Source: Minisyncoccota bacterium (GTDB lineage Bacteria > Patescibacteriota > Minisyncoccia > Phycocordibacterales > DATDWN01). From it: a stretch of DNA of 64,000 nucleotides. How positions within the stretch are numbered: the stretch's first letter is position 1; the number at the start of each line of letters is the position of its first letter. This document shows positions 6,870 through 16,673 of this stretch, piece after piece. The DNA is taken from NCBI GenBank assembly GCA_041658985.1, contig JBAZZC010000002.1, positions 17,120-81,119 of the forward strand, given 5' to 3'. The notes beneath the pieces were generated by a model, which was not told the DNA's origin, searched no databases, and worked only from the letters and a program-made list of their open reading frames with translations. A program made the translations under genes and the position numbers.

Positions 6870-8414
6870 TTATTTTATAGTAAACATGCTTTTTGGTAAT
6901 TCATACTGTTTAATCACTTTAGCATTTTTTTCATTTCTTTTCAGGAAGATAATAGTGTAGTCGTCGACAAAGACCGGTGCCCAAACTGGGTCTTTAACTC
7001 GTGTTATCAAAAATTGTTGGGCCCAAGGGGTCAAGTCGTTTCTATTAAACCAAATCATATTAAAATCCCACTTTTTTAATTCCTCATTCCAAACAAGGTC
7101 ATCATTTTGCATTGGTATGTATTCTTTTTGGAAAAAGTCTGTCGGATATGTTTCTGGTCTATTATCTACAAAAACCTTCTCCTGTGGATACATGTGAAAA
7201 ATAATATATCCGCCAATGTCATAGTTTGAAAAAATTGGCCCAGAGATATTCAAATTTTTTACAAAATCAGCTGAAGCATTAACGTTTGGTTGTAATCCAA
7301 TACCCCAATACGTATTCCAAGGTAAACGATTATTAAAATTAATAAAAATAGACAACAATATTATGAGGGAGAAGACGATTGAAAACACACTATGTAATAA
7401 ACGACAGGATTCATTTTTGGGTTTTTGATAAAGAAGATATCCGTAACAAAGAAGTGTTGGCAAGAGAGTTAGGCTATAAGCGGTTAAATGTCTAATACCA
7501 AAAAAACTAAGAATAGCAAAGACGAAGGTTATACCAAAAAGAGCGATAGGGAATTTTGATTTATCTTTTCGTAAAACAAAAAATGAAGAAACAATGAAAA
7601 CGAGTGTAGCAATTTGCCACCAAAGAAAATTTGGATTACTGACATGCAGGTTTATTAAAAAGGGAATGGATTGATTTTCTACTATTAAATACCCGTAGTT
7701 TTGAAACATAGTAAAAGGATAAAAAACCCCAGTAAACCCATAAGGATTTATACAAAGAACCAAGACCGACAATCCAAAAACTATTGCTAAGTTTTTTATT
7801 TTTTCAGAATCTTTGTGTAGAAACGTTTCAATTAAAAACATCCCGACAAAAAATGGCAGAAAAATAAAATAAATATGTGTATTGACCCAAATTAAAGAAA
7901 TAATTGGTATCCAGTATAACCATTTTTTTTGAATTTGATTTGAGGTGTATAAATACAAAATAGCAATAACAATAGCCATAAAAAAATAACTTAGGCCCTC
8001 TGGTCGTACTTCAGTTCTTTCAGCTATAAGTGGTATTAGGAATAAGATAATAGGGAAAGAGACCCAGATAGACAGTTTATTTTTCCAAAGACCAAAAAAC
8101 AAAAGCACACTTGCTATTATTAATCCTCCGTACATAATAGATAATCCTTTGAAACCAAAACCCAAAAAAACCAGATAAGACAAAAGACCACTACCCCAGT
8201 GGTGGTTTATGAAAGGAAAGTTTGAATAAGTAAAAGAAAAGAAATTGGTATGCAGAAGTGCTTGTCGCGATATTTCAAACGAACCAGCATTTATAAAAAG
8301 TTTGCCGTTAGTGATGTGTCGTCCAATGTCGGCAGTTGTTAAATTTATTTGTTGAAATACAAAGACAGATAACAATAAAACAAGTACAACTGCAATGATA
8401 ATATATGATTTCAT
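6870..8414 (-). CDS. Large polytopic membrane protein, possibly a GT-C-type glycosyltransferase (YfhO/PMT-like).
   Basis: 514 aa, more than 10 TM helices plus a C-terminal soluble domain. The neighbouring GT2 gene could supply a lipid-linked sugar donor. Confidence 0.35.
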   Translation of the reverse strand: MKSYIIIAVVLVLLLSVFVFQQINLTTADIGRHITNGKLFINAGSFEISRQALLHTNFFSFTYSNFPFINHHWGSGLLSYLVFLGFGFKGLSIMYGGLIIASVLLFFGLWKNKLSIWVSFPIILFLIPLIAERTEVRPEGLSYFFMAIVIAILYLYTSNQIQKKWLYWIPIISLIWVNTHIYFIFLPFFVGMFLIETFLHKDSEKIKNLAIVFGLSVLVLCINPYGFTGVFYPFTMFQNYGYLIVENQSIPFLINLHVSNPNFLWWQIATLVFIVSSFFVLRKDKSKFPIALFGITFVFAILSFFGIRHLTAYSLTLLPTLLCYGYLLYQKPKNESCRLLHSVFSIVFSLIILLSIFINFNNRLPWNTYWGIGLQPNVNASADFVKNLNISGPIFSNYDIGGYIIFHMYPQEKVFVDNRPETYPTDFFQKEYIPMQNDDLVWNEELKKWDFNMIWFNRNDLTPWAQQFLITRVKDPVWAPVFVDDYTIIFLKRNEKNAKVIKQYELPKSMFTIK

Positions 8415-8419
8415 TGTGA

Positions 8420-10123
8420 TTAACCGTAGACCTCAATCTTTGGATGTTCGTGTCCGTCGGACAAACGTGCATACAATGATTTTATATGTTCCTCCTTTAT
8501 TTCTTGTCGGTGTTCTGGGTTGTCGTGTATATCCATAACGATTTTTGATGCGTACAGACCACCTAAAAAGTGAGGTAAAATAACGTAATTAACACCATTT
8601 TCATAATGTTCTAGAGCATCTTGTATTTTGTGAGCTACTACTACTACAAGTGTATTCTTGTTTTGTGATTTAACGACATGGTTTATAAGAATATTTGTTT
8701 CGGTGTTTGGTATAGTTGATACGACCAATTCTGTCTGAGAAAAATCTAACGACTCCAAATAATCAAGGTTAATAGCGTCTCCGTAATCAACACTTACTTC
8801 TTGCTGACGAAGTAATTCTATATTTTCTGGGTCATGGTCTACAACTAAAAAAGGTTTGCCCATTCTTTTAAATTCTTTTACGAAATCATACCCAACGCGA
8901 TTACTGCCAAAGAGAATTATTAGGTATTTAATTGTTTCAGTTTTTTCTTCGCGAGTTTTTTTGCGTTCAAATATGGAAAGATATTTGCCAATAACCTTAT
9001 AAATTTTATCCGAGTATAAGATAAGATATGAAGAACCAAATATGGTAATTAGTCCAACTAGGGTTACTAAAGAAAGAACACGATTATCAATGTGTCCATA
9101 ACTCACCCCCATAGCTAATAAAATAAGAGAAAATTCACTGACTTGAGCAACAGTCAGACCAGTTTGCAGACTGGTTCTTTTTTTATACCCCAAGATTCCC
9201 ATAATTATCATCAGGATTAAAGGTTCGCCAACAAGGACCAAGACAGAAAAGATAAGGGCTTGGGGTAAGATTTCTGAAGCAGAAGTTGTAGCCATGTGTG
9301 TGCCGAGCATAATGAAGAAAAGAACGATAAAGAAATCTCGCAGTGGGGCAATTCTCGCGCTTATCTCATGACGAGATGGCAGGTTAGATAAAGCAATGCC
9401 CGCAATTAAAGCGCCAGCTTCAATGGAAAAACCGCTGAACTTAAATATACTAGCAGTACCTAACCCCCAGACAATAGCAAACAAAAATAACAACTCAATA
9501 TTTTTTGAAAGAAATTTGTTAATCTTTGGTAGAAAATAAAAACCGATAATTAAAATGAGAATTATTAGAAGGATACTTCGCCCAAAAATTATACCAATAT
9601 CACCGAGAGAGGAGTTTCCTGTAGAAACAAGTGGAATAATAAAAAGAAGAGTAATGGCAATAAAATCTTGGACTAATAGAAAACCAATGGATATTTTGGC
9701 ATAAAGCGTCTCCATGTCACCTTTATCGGAAATAAGTTTAAGAATCATGATGGTACTACTGAAGGCCAGGGTTATTCCTATATATAGAGAGGCTAGGTCA
9801 GAAAAACCCATAAATGTAGCAATAAAATAGCCGACCACAGAGGTAACAACGACCTGACTAACTCCAGTAACCATAGCCACTGTGCCAAACTCCTTGATTA
9901 TTTTTGGATTAAGATTGATTCCGACAGTAAAAAGCAAGATGGCGATACCTATTTCAGAAAATAAAGTAAAAGTGTCTGGAGATATTGATGAAGCGATAAT
10001 TGGTCCAACAATGAGGCCAGTTAGGATGTGGCCGATGATTAAAGGTTGTCTAAGTAAACTCATTATAATAGACATTCCGAAGGCTACTCCTATGATGATA
10101 CTTAATTCAGCAAATAGAGACAT
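8420..10123 (-). CDS. CPA2-family cation:proton antiporter (Kef/NhaP-like) with a C-terminal TrkA-N (RCK) domain.
   Basis: N-terminal 10-12 TM Na_H exchanger-like region. The C-terminus LILFGSNRVGYDFVKEF...VVDHD is a Rossmann TrkA-N fold. Confidence 0.7.
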   Translation of the reverse strand: MSLFAELSIIIGVAFGMSIIMSLLRQPLIIGHILTGLIVGPIIASSISPDTFTLFSEIGIAILLFTVGINLNPKIIKEFGTVAMVTGVSQVVVTSVVGYFIATFMGFSDLASLYIGITLAFSSTIMILKLISDKGDMETLYAKISIGFLLVQDFIAITLLFIIPLVSTGNSSLGDIGIIFGRSILLIILILIIGFYFLPKINKFLSKNIELLFLFAIVWGLGTASIFKFSGFSIEAGALIAGIALSNLPSRHEISARIAPLRDFFIVLFFIMLGTHMATTSASEILPQALIFSVLVLVGEPLILMIIMGILGYKKRTSLQTGLTVAQVSEFSLILLAMGVSYGHIDNRVLSLVTLVGLITIFGSSYLILYSDKIYKVIGKYLSIFERKKTREEKTETIKYLIILFGSNRVGYDFVKEFKRMGKPFLVVDHDPENIELLRQQEVSVDYGDAINLDYLESLDFSQTELVVSTIPNTETNILINHVVKSQNKNTLVVVVAHKIQDALEHYENGVNYVILPHFLGGLYASKIVMDIHDNPEHRQEIKEEHIKSLYARLSDGHEHPKIEVYG

Positions 10124-10170
10124 GGTTTAGTTGAAAGTTATAAAGTTCATAAAGTTTATAAAGTAAAACA

Positions 10171-10962
10171 CTACAAATATTTTTGAATATTTTTTTTGTG
10201 CTGTTCGTATGTACTAGCACAATGAATATTTCTGTTTTTGTCGTGCAGATAGTAAAGACAACTGGTCTTTTGGGGATTATATGCTGCTTCTATTGCCGCC
10301 AGACCTGGATTGGCAATAGGGCTTGGGGGCATATCATATATATATGTATTGAAGGGGGAATTGATTTTTTTATCTGCTGAGTTTATTTGTGGCCACCACA
10401 TACTCTCATCACCCTTAGCGTATTGGAGAGTGGCATCAATTTGTAATTTCATTCCCTTAAAAATTCTATTCCAAATAATTCCAGAGACAAGTTTCATATC
10501 ACTTTTACCAGCCGCTTCTCGCTGAATAAGAGAGGCTACAATTAGAGCGGTATTTTCATTTATAACCTTTGTTGATTTGGGTTTTTTTATAGATTCAACT
10601 TTTTTTCTAAACTCGTCTGTCATTGTTTTACTGACCACAACTGGGTCGCTGTCTTTGTGTATTAAATAAGTTTTTGGAAAATACTGTCCCTCAAAACTTT
10701 CTCTGGCATAGGCTAAATGGGCATTAAGAAACTCACCCTTTTTTGTTTCGTCCCAGCCAAAGTTTTTTACTAAAACATTAGCTACTTCTTCTTTTCGAAG
10801 ACCCTCCCCAACTCTAACTATTCTCACAGAAGGATTGGCTAGGTCTCCATAAAAAGATAGGGAAGTAAGTAATGACCAGTCTAGGTTGTAGTGAAACATT
10901 GTTCCCAAAAAGAAAATCAAAGACAACGCAAACAATCCAAATGTATGTCTTAGTTTAAACAT
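10171..10962 (-). CDS. mltG: YceG/MltG-like endolytic transglycosylase, paralog 1.
   Basis: NSPFNTYIYDMPPSPIANPGLAAIEAA is the MltG signature. Confidence 0.65.
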   Translation of the reverse strand: MFKLRHTFGLFALSLIFFLGTMFHYNLDWSLLTSLSFYGDLANPSVRIVRVGEGLRKEEVANVLVKNFGWDETKKGEFLNAHLAYARESFEGQYFPKTYLIHKDSDPVVVSKTMTDEFRKKVESIKKPKSTKVINENTALIVASLIQREAAGKSDMKLVSGIIWNRIFKGMKLQIDATLQYAKGDESMWWPQINSADKKINSPFNTYIYDMPPSPIANPGLAAIEAAYNPQKTSCLYYLHDKNRNIHCASTYEQHKKNIQKYL

Positions 10963-11058
10963 AATTGAATAAAGTATATCATATAATATAGTTATTATAA
11001 ATTTTTAATTTATAATTTTCAATTTTACTATCTCACACTTTTTAGGTATTCTTACAGC

Positions 11059-12057
11059 ATGAGTTTATCAATCGGCATTGTTGGTCTACCTAATGTGGGA
11101 AAATCCACGCTCTTTAATGCCCTGACAAAAAAATCAGTTCCGGCAGAGAACTATCCTTTTTGTACTATTGACCCATCGGTCGGCATTGTTCCTGTGCCAG
11201 ATGAAAGATTATGGAAACTATCTGAATTCAGCAAATCAGCCAAAACTATTCCGGCAGTGGTTGAGTTTGTTGACATTGCTGGGCTAGTCAAGGGTGCTTC
11301 AACAGGTGAAGGCCTGGGTAATAAATTTCTTACAAATATCAGAGAAGTAGACGCTATTTTAGAAATGGTTAGAGTCTTTGACGATAAAGATATTATTCAT
11401 GTTCACAATAAAGTAGACCCTTTATTTGATATTGGAGTTATAAATCTAGAACTTATCTTGGCTGACTTACAAACTATCACAAAAAGATTAGTCAGTCTTG
11501 TTAAAGATGTTAAAAGGGGAGATAAAACTGCTGTACTGGAAAATGAGGTACTAGAAAAGGCCCATAAGTGTCTAGAAGGAGAGAAACTGGCATCAAGTAT
11601 GCAGTTGGATGAAACAGAAAAGAAAATTTTATCTACGATGCAACTGCTGACCATGAAGCCAATTTTGTATGCTCTGAACACTTCAGAGGCATCTGTAAAT
11701 AATACAAACATAACAGATAAAATTCCCGGGCCATTTGTAGTAATTGACCCAATTTTTGAAAAAGGATTTGACGATTTAATTAAAAAAAGTTATGAGACGC
11801 TAGATTTGATTACCTATTTTACAACTGGCACTGATGAAACTCGTGCCTGGACAATAAAACGAAACTCAACAGCGCCGGTTGCGGGGATGGCTATACACAC
11901 TGATTTCAAAGATAAATTTATTCGTGCCGAAGTTGTGTTCAATGAAGATTTGCTCAAGGCTGGTTCCTATGTATTGGCTCGTGAAAAGGGATTGGTGAGA
12001 ACAGAAGGAAAGGAATATGTGGTTCGGGATGGAGATGTAATAGAATTTAGGATATAA
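11059..12057 (+). CDS. ychF: Ribosome-binding ATPase YchF (Obg-family GTPase) with a C-terminal TGS domain.
   Basis: GIVGLPNVGKSTLFNALT...ENYPFCTIDPSVG; 332 aa. Confidence 0.85.
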   Translation: MSLSIGIVGLPNVGKSTLFNALTKKSVPAENYPFCTIDPSVGIVPVPDERLWKLSEFSKSAKTIPAVVEFVDIAGLVKGASTGEGLGNKFLTNIREVDAILEMVRVFDDKDIIHVHNKVDPLFDIGVINLELILADLQTITKRLVSLVKDVKRGDKTAVLENEVLEKAHKCLEGEKLASSMQLDETEKKILSTMQLLTMKPILYALNTSEASVNNTNITDKIPGPFVVIDPIFEKGFDDLIKKSYETLDLITYFTTGTDETRAWTIKRNSTAPVAGMAIHTDFKDKFIRAEVVFNEDLLKAGSYVLAREKGLVRTEGKEYVVRDGDVIEFRI

Positions 12058-12108
12058 CTTTCAAATTTACGATAAGTGTGCTAATTTAAATCCAGAAAGG
12101 ACGTGATT

Positions 12109-12264
12109 ATGAGTAACCATCCCGTAGTAGTCACACTGGCTGTTCTTGCGATAGCACAGGCCATACCACTCATCGTGGTGGTTGCCCTGTCGTTTTTCCC
12201 ATGGGCAAAGAAGACACCGTCAGATTTCTTTTGTGATTTGTGGGAACTGATCACGAAAGGATGA
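12109..12264 (+). CDS. Small hydrophobic peptide, 51 aa, unannotated; GC-richer than its surroundings.
   Basis: AAAGGA SD then ATG. MSNHPVVVTLAVLAIAQAIPLIVVVALSFFPWAKKTPSDFFCDLWELITKG. Confidence 0.35.
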   Translation: MSNHPVVVTLAVLAIAQAIPLIVVVALSFFPWAKKTPSDFFCDLWELITKG

Positions 12265-12268
12265 TGAG

Positions 12269-12403
12269 ATGAAGCTGGTCTTCAGCGCCAAGAGAGCGAT
12301 TTGGCTTTTCGTCATTATCATGTTGCTCGGTTGTTGGCTGTCAACAACTGACACAATTGTGGGACAGCTCCTGCGATTGTTTATGTGGCTTGCTCTTCTC
12401 TAG
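12269..12403 (+). CDS. Second small hydrophobic peptide, 44 aa, immediately downstream.
   Basis: AAAGGAtgatgag then ATG. MKLVFSAKRAIWLFVIIMLLGCWLSTTDTIVGQLLRLFMWLALL. Confidence 0.3.
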   Translation: MKLVFSAKRAIWLFVIIMLLGCWLSTTDTIVGQLLRLFMWLALL

Positions 12404-12478
12404 ATGTTCTGTCGTCTGGGCCCTCGCATCGTGCGCGGGTTCTTTCGTTTATGTACAAAAACATGTTATAATTACGGG

Positions 12479-12883
12479 ATGAAAAAAGGATATAAAGACA
12501 ATATTGAAAAATTAACAACAGAGAATATTAGTTTCCGAAAGGTCCTCTATACTGGCGAGGAAAGTCAGCTTGTTTTAATGAACCTAATTCCTGGAGAGGA
12601 AATAGGAAGTGAAGTTCATCCTGACAACGACCAGTTTTTTAGGTTTGAATCTGGCAACGGTGATGTTAGAATAAATGACGTAGATTACTCAGTTACAGAT
12701 GGAGATGCTGTTATTGTGCCAAAAGGGGCAACTCACAATGTAATAAATACAGGCAAAGTGGCTCTGAAGTTTTACACTATATATAGTCCCGCACATCATA
12801 AAGATGGAATTGAAAGAATGACCAAAGAAGAAGCCTTGTCACAGGAAGCAGAATTTGACGGCATAACAACAGAATTAAATTAA
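12479..12883 (+). CDS. Cupin-domain protein.
   Basis: GEEIGSEVHPDNDQFFRFESGNGDVRINDVDYSVTDGDAVIVPKGATHNVINTG is the cupin_2 pattern. ATG at 12479 is preceded by a TGTTATAAT -10-like box; the longer ORF from 12404 is unlikely. Confidence 0.6.
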   Translation: MKKGYKDNIEKLTTENISFRKVLYTGEESQLVLMNLIPGEEIGSEVHPDNDQFFRFESGNGDVRINDVDYSVTDGDAVIVPKGATHNVINTGKVALKFYTIYSPAHHKDGIERMTKEEALSQEAEFDGITTELN

Positions 12884-12985
12884 CACTTGTCCAGTTAGAA
12901 GTAGACGAGGATAAATTAATAAATCTATAATTATTACTTAATTAAAGTTTCAACCAAATAAAAATAAGGTTAGACTTCTAATGGG

Positions 12986-13894
12986 ATGGAATCACAAAAT
13001 AAACCCACAGCAAAAGATTTTTTTCTAAATCTTGGAGCAATTATTGCTCTTGGTGTGTTTGTGGGAAATTTAATAAGCTTATTGTTTACAGTAATAAATA
13101 AAGCCTATCCAATAACTACAGGATATAATTATTATAGTAGTTACTCTATTAGTTTTCCGGTAGCGACTCTAATTATCGTATTTCCTTTATATATACTATT
13201 TATGTGGTTACTGGAGAGAGATTATTCTGTTTATCCTGAACAAAAACGTGGTTTTGTCAGGAGGTGGTTGACCTTCATCACTCTATTCGTGTCTGGAGGA
13301 ACACTGATTGGTGATTTGGTCACAGTTTTATATTACTTTATTGATGGTCAGGAAATGACAGCTGGTTTTATAATGAAGATTTTGTCAATTTTGGTAATTT
13401 CTTTGGCTATTTTCTTCTATTACACCTATGATTTGTTAGGAAAATCAAATAACACTTCCAGAAAAATCTGGGTTGGTGCTTCCGTACTAGTAATTTTATT
13501 GTCTATTGTGTGGGGTTTTTCAGTTTTGGGTTCTCCTAGAACACAAAGACTACTAAAGTATGATGAACAAAAAGTTAATGATTTAGCAAGTATCAGTAAT
13601 AAAATAAACACATATTATTCTCAAAAGGGAGATTTGCCAGTCGTTCTTGCTGATACGGGACTGGATTATTATGTCCCAGAGGTTGATTCCCAATCTCAGA
13701 AACCATATGAATATACTAAAACGGGAAATACAACATATAATATTTGTGCAGAGTTTAACAAGGCATCAACAGAAGGTAATCAGAGATATAAATACCCTAG
13801 TTATCTTAGTACATGGCAACATCCAGCTGGTAGATATTGTTTTAATAAGACAATAAATCCAAATCTATATTCTGAACCTATTCCTGTATACTAG
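12986..13894 (+). CDS. Membrane protein of unknown function (N-terminal 4-TM domain plus C-terminal extracytoplasmic domain).
   Basis: Hydropathy pattern only. Confidence 0.4.
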   Translation: MESQNKPTAKDFFLNLGAIIALGVFVGNLISLLFTVINKAYPITTGYNYYSSYSISFPVATLIIVFPLYILFMWLLERDYSVYPEQKRGFVRRWLTFITLFVSGGTLIGDLVTVLYYFIDGQEMTAGFIMKILSILVISLAIFFYYTYDLLGKSNNTSRKIWVGASVLVILLSIVWGFSVLGSPRTQRLLKYDEQKVNDLASISNKINTYYSQKGDLPVVLADTGLDYYVPEVDSQSQKPYEYTKTGNTTYNICAEFNKASTEGNQRYKYPSYLSTWQHPAGRYCFNKTINPNLYSEPIPVY

Positions 13895-13982
13895 AGAAAA
13901 TTATTTGATAAAAAAACCACGCGGAATTTCTCTGTGTGGTTTTTTTTGCAAATGAGGCATATTTTGGTTAGTATATAGAAAC

Positions 13983-16559
13983 ATGGAGAAAGATAAACAA
14001 AAAGAATACAACCATCTAGAGATTGAGAAAAAATGGCAAAAAGAGTGGGACAAAAAGAAGGTCTACAAAACCAAGAAAATCGCCTCTTCGGCGATCCGCC
14101 GAGGAGGCGGAAAATGTTATGTCTTGGATATGTTCCCATACCCTAGTGGTTTAGGGCTTCATGTTGGACATCCTAAGGGTTACATTGGCTCTGACGTATA
14201 TGCTCGGATGAAAAGGATGCAAGGTTTCAATGTTTTGCATCCAATGGGATACGACGCTTTTGGTTTGCCTGCTGAGCAATATGCCTTAGAACACAAAATT
14301 GCTCCACAAAAAGCCGTAACGGAAAACGTAAAAACATTTGAGAGCCAATTAAATAAAATCGGGCTTTCATACGATTGGGATAGAAGAATAAACACAACAG
14401 ACCCAAGTTATTATCGCTGGACACAATGGATTTTTCTAAAACTTTACAACTCTTGGTACAACAAAGATAAAAACAAAGCTGAACCGATCGGTGAGCTAGT
14501 AAAAATATTTGAGAAATCAGATTTGGAATGGAAGAAAAAAAATTCAAAGGAAAAACAAGATATTTTGATGAAATATCGCCTAGCTTATGAAGGTTACAGT
14601 GAGGTTAACTGGTGTCCAGTTTTAGGTACTGTTCTTGCAAATGATGAAGTTCTAGATAGTCCGAAAGGTCCTATCTCAGAGAGAGGGGGATTCCCCGTAG
14701 TTAAAAAAGAGATGCGACAATGGTTTCTGCGTATTACCGCTTATGCAGACAGGTTGTTGTCAGGTTTGGAGACTCTGAATTGGTCGGAGCACATCAAGGA
14801 AATCCAAAGGAACTGGATTGGAGAAAGTAAAGGTTTGCTTTTTAAAGCAAAAGTGAAAGATTCAAATATTGTCTTGGAAACATTTAACGCACACTTCACA
14901 GCGTGTTACGCAGACACTTTTTTTGTAATTGCCCCGGACCACCCACTATTATCAAAGCTTCTAGAAGGAAGACCAGAGGAAAAAGAGGTTTTAGAGAAGG
15001 CCAAAGAAATTGTAGAAAAAAGAAACAAGTTTCCAGAAGGTGAATATCGGGAAATAGATGGAATTTTTACCGGCAGATATGCGGTTGACCCATTAGGTAA
15101 TGGTGATTTGCCTATTTGGGTGGCCAGCTTTGCTTTGAAAAATTATGGTACTGGTATTGTAAAATGTTCTGCTCATGATGAAAGAGATTTTGCCTTTGCT
15201 AAAAAATTTAATATTAAACTCAAGGTTGTTTTGTTACCCACAGATGAGAATTTAGGTAAAAAAGTTTTTGCTCAAGAAATTTGTTTTTCCGACATGGAGC
15301 GTGGAGTTTTAACTGAGCCACAAGAATTAATGGGTAGACGGGCTGGTGAGGTTAAAAATGAAATAATTAAACATGTTACATCTCGTGGATATGCCAAAGC
15401 TCTTACAATGTACAAGATGCGGGACGCTATTTTTGCCAGACAAAGATATTGGGGTGAACCAATTCCTCTTTTTAAAGATAAGGAAGGTTTAATAGGTGAA
15501 ATTCCTGAAAAAGACCTTCCTCTTAAATTACCAAAAGTTAAATCTTATATGCCGACAGGAACGGGGGAATCGCCTTTGGCCAGTGTGACTTCGTGGGTCA
15601 AAAAGGGGCTAGAAACAAATACCATGCCTGGGTGGGCTGGTTCCTCGTGGTATTTTCTTCGTTACATGGACCCAAAAAACAAGAAAGCTTTTGCTGACAG
15701 AAAAGCTATTAAATACTGGAAGAATGTCGATATGTATGTTGGTGGTCAGGAACATGCTACGGGGCATTTATTGTATTCTCGTTTCTGGAATAAATTTTTA
15801 AAGGATTATGATTTAGTTGTGACAGAGGAGCCGTTTCAGACACTTAGAAACCAGGGAATGATTTTAGGTAGTGATAATCGTAAAATGAGTAAGCGGTGGG
15901 GGAATGTAATAAACCCAGATGATGTTGTCAGAATATATGGGGCAGACACCTTACGCGTTTACGAAATGTTTATGGGGCCTTTTGAAGCGTCACTGCCGTG
16001 GAGTACTGATAATATACTCGGCGCCCGGAGGTTCATTGAGAAGGTTTGGCGCCTCAAGTCGAAAGTTGAAAGTCGAAAGTTTATAAAGTCTTCAGAAAAT
16101 ATTGAAAGAGCACTTCATAAAACAATTAAAAAAGTCACAGAGGATATTGAAAGTTTTGCCTTTAATACTGCTATATCTAGCATGATGATTTTCTTGAATG
16201 AAATGGAAAAACAAGAATTCGTTGCAAAAAAAGATTTTGAATTATTTTTAAAAATACTTTCTCCTTTTGCTCCTCACATAACAGAAGAAGTTTGGAAGTC
16301 TTTCGGACACAAAATATTTTTAGTTTTAGAAAAATGGCCTCAGGTTGATATAAAAAAAATACAGGAATTAGAAATAAAAATTGTTGTGCAAATAAATGGT
16401 AAAATACGAGCAACCATTCAAATCCATTTTGGGGCAAAAGAAGAGGAGGTCATCTCTTTGGTCAGAGGATTGTCGGAAGTGGAAAAATGGCTTCTTAATA
16501 AAGAGGTCAAAAAAACTATTTTTGTCCCAAATAGGCTTATAAATATAGTCACTTTTTAA
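13983..16559 (+). CDS. leuS: Leucyl-tRNA synthetase.
   Basis: MFPYPSGLGLHVGHPKGYIGSDVYARMKRMQGFNVLHPMGYDAFGLPAE, KMSKR, 858 aa. Confidence 0.9.
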   Translation: MEKDKQKEYNHLEIEKKWQKEWDKKKVYKTKKIASSAIRRGGGKCYVLDMFPYPSGLGLHVGHPKGYIGSDVYARMKRMQGFNVLHPMGYDAFGLPAEQYALEHKIAPQKAVTENVKTFESQLNKIGLSYDWDRRINTTDPSYYRWTQWIFLKLYNSWYNKDKNKAEPIGELVKIFEKSDLEWKKKNSKEKQDILMKYRLAYEGYSEVNWCPVLGTVLANDEVLDSPKGPISERGGFPVVKKEMRQWFLRITAYADRLLSGLETLNWSEHIKEIQRNWIGESKGLLFKAKVKDSNIVLETFNAHFTACYADTFFVIAPDHPLLSKLLEGRPEEKEVLEKAKEIVEKRNKFPEGEYREIDGIFTGRYAVDPLGNGDLPIWVASFALKNYGTGIVKCSAHDERDFAFAKKFNIKLKVVLLPTDENLGKKVFAQEICFSDMERGVLTEPQELMGRRAGEVKNEIIKHVTSRGYAKALTMYKMRDAIFARQRYWGEPIPLFKDKEGLIGEIPEKDLPLKLPKVKSYMPTGTGESPLASVTSWVKKGLETNTMPGWAGSSWYFLRYMDPKNKKAFADRKAIKYWKNVDMYVGGQEHATGHLLYSRFWNKFLKDYDLVVTEEPFQTLRNQGMILGSDNRKMSKRWGNVINPDDVVRIYGADTLRVYEMFMGPFEASLPWSTDNILGARRFIEKVWRLKSKVESRKFIKSSENIERALHKTIKKVTEDIESFAFNTAISSMMIFLNEMEKQEFVAKKDFELFLKILSPFAPHITEEVWKSFGHKIFLVLEKWPQVDIKKIQELEIKIVVQINGKIRATIQIHFGAKEEEVISLVRGLSEVEKWLLNKEVKKTIFVPNRLINIVTF
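14081..14109. repeat. 29-nt GC-rich palindrome (CGCCTCTTCGGCG-atc-CGCCGAGGAGGCG) inserted in-frame near the leuS N-terminus (encodes SSAIRRGGG).
   Basis: 13-nt arms with 1 mismatch. Local GC far above the gene average. It interrupts the conserved K.YYVLDMFPYPSG region. Confidence 0.55.
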
Positions 16560-16673
16560 TACATAAGAATCTTTAATAACATAATTCGTCAATGCTTGAC
16601 TTAGATTGACAATAATGATACAAATAGGGTACATTTGTTGTAACTAATTTTAGTAATTATTAGTAGATATTAC

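Noticed and set aside
12404-12478. Upstream extension of the cupin ORF (MFCRLGPRIVRGFF...).
   Set aside because: The extension is GC-rich and overlaps the end of the small-peptide region. The cupin domain begins after the ATG at 12479, which is preceded by a -10-like box.
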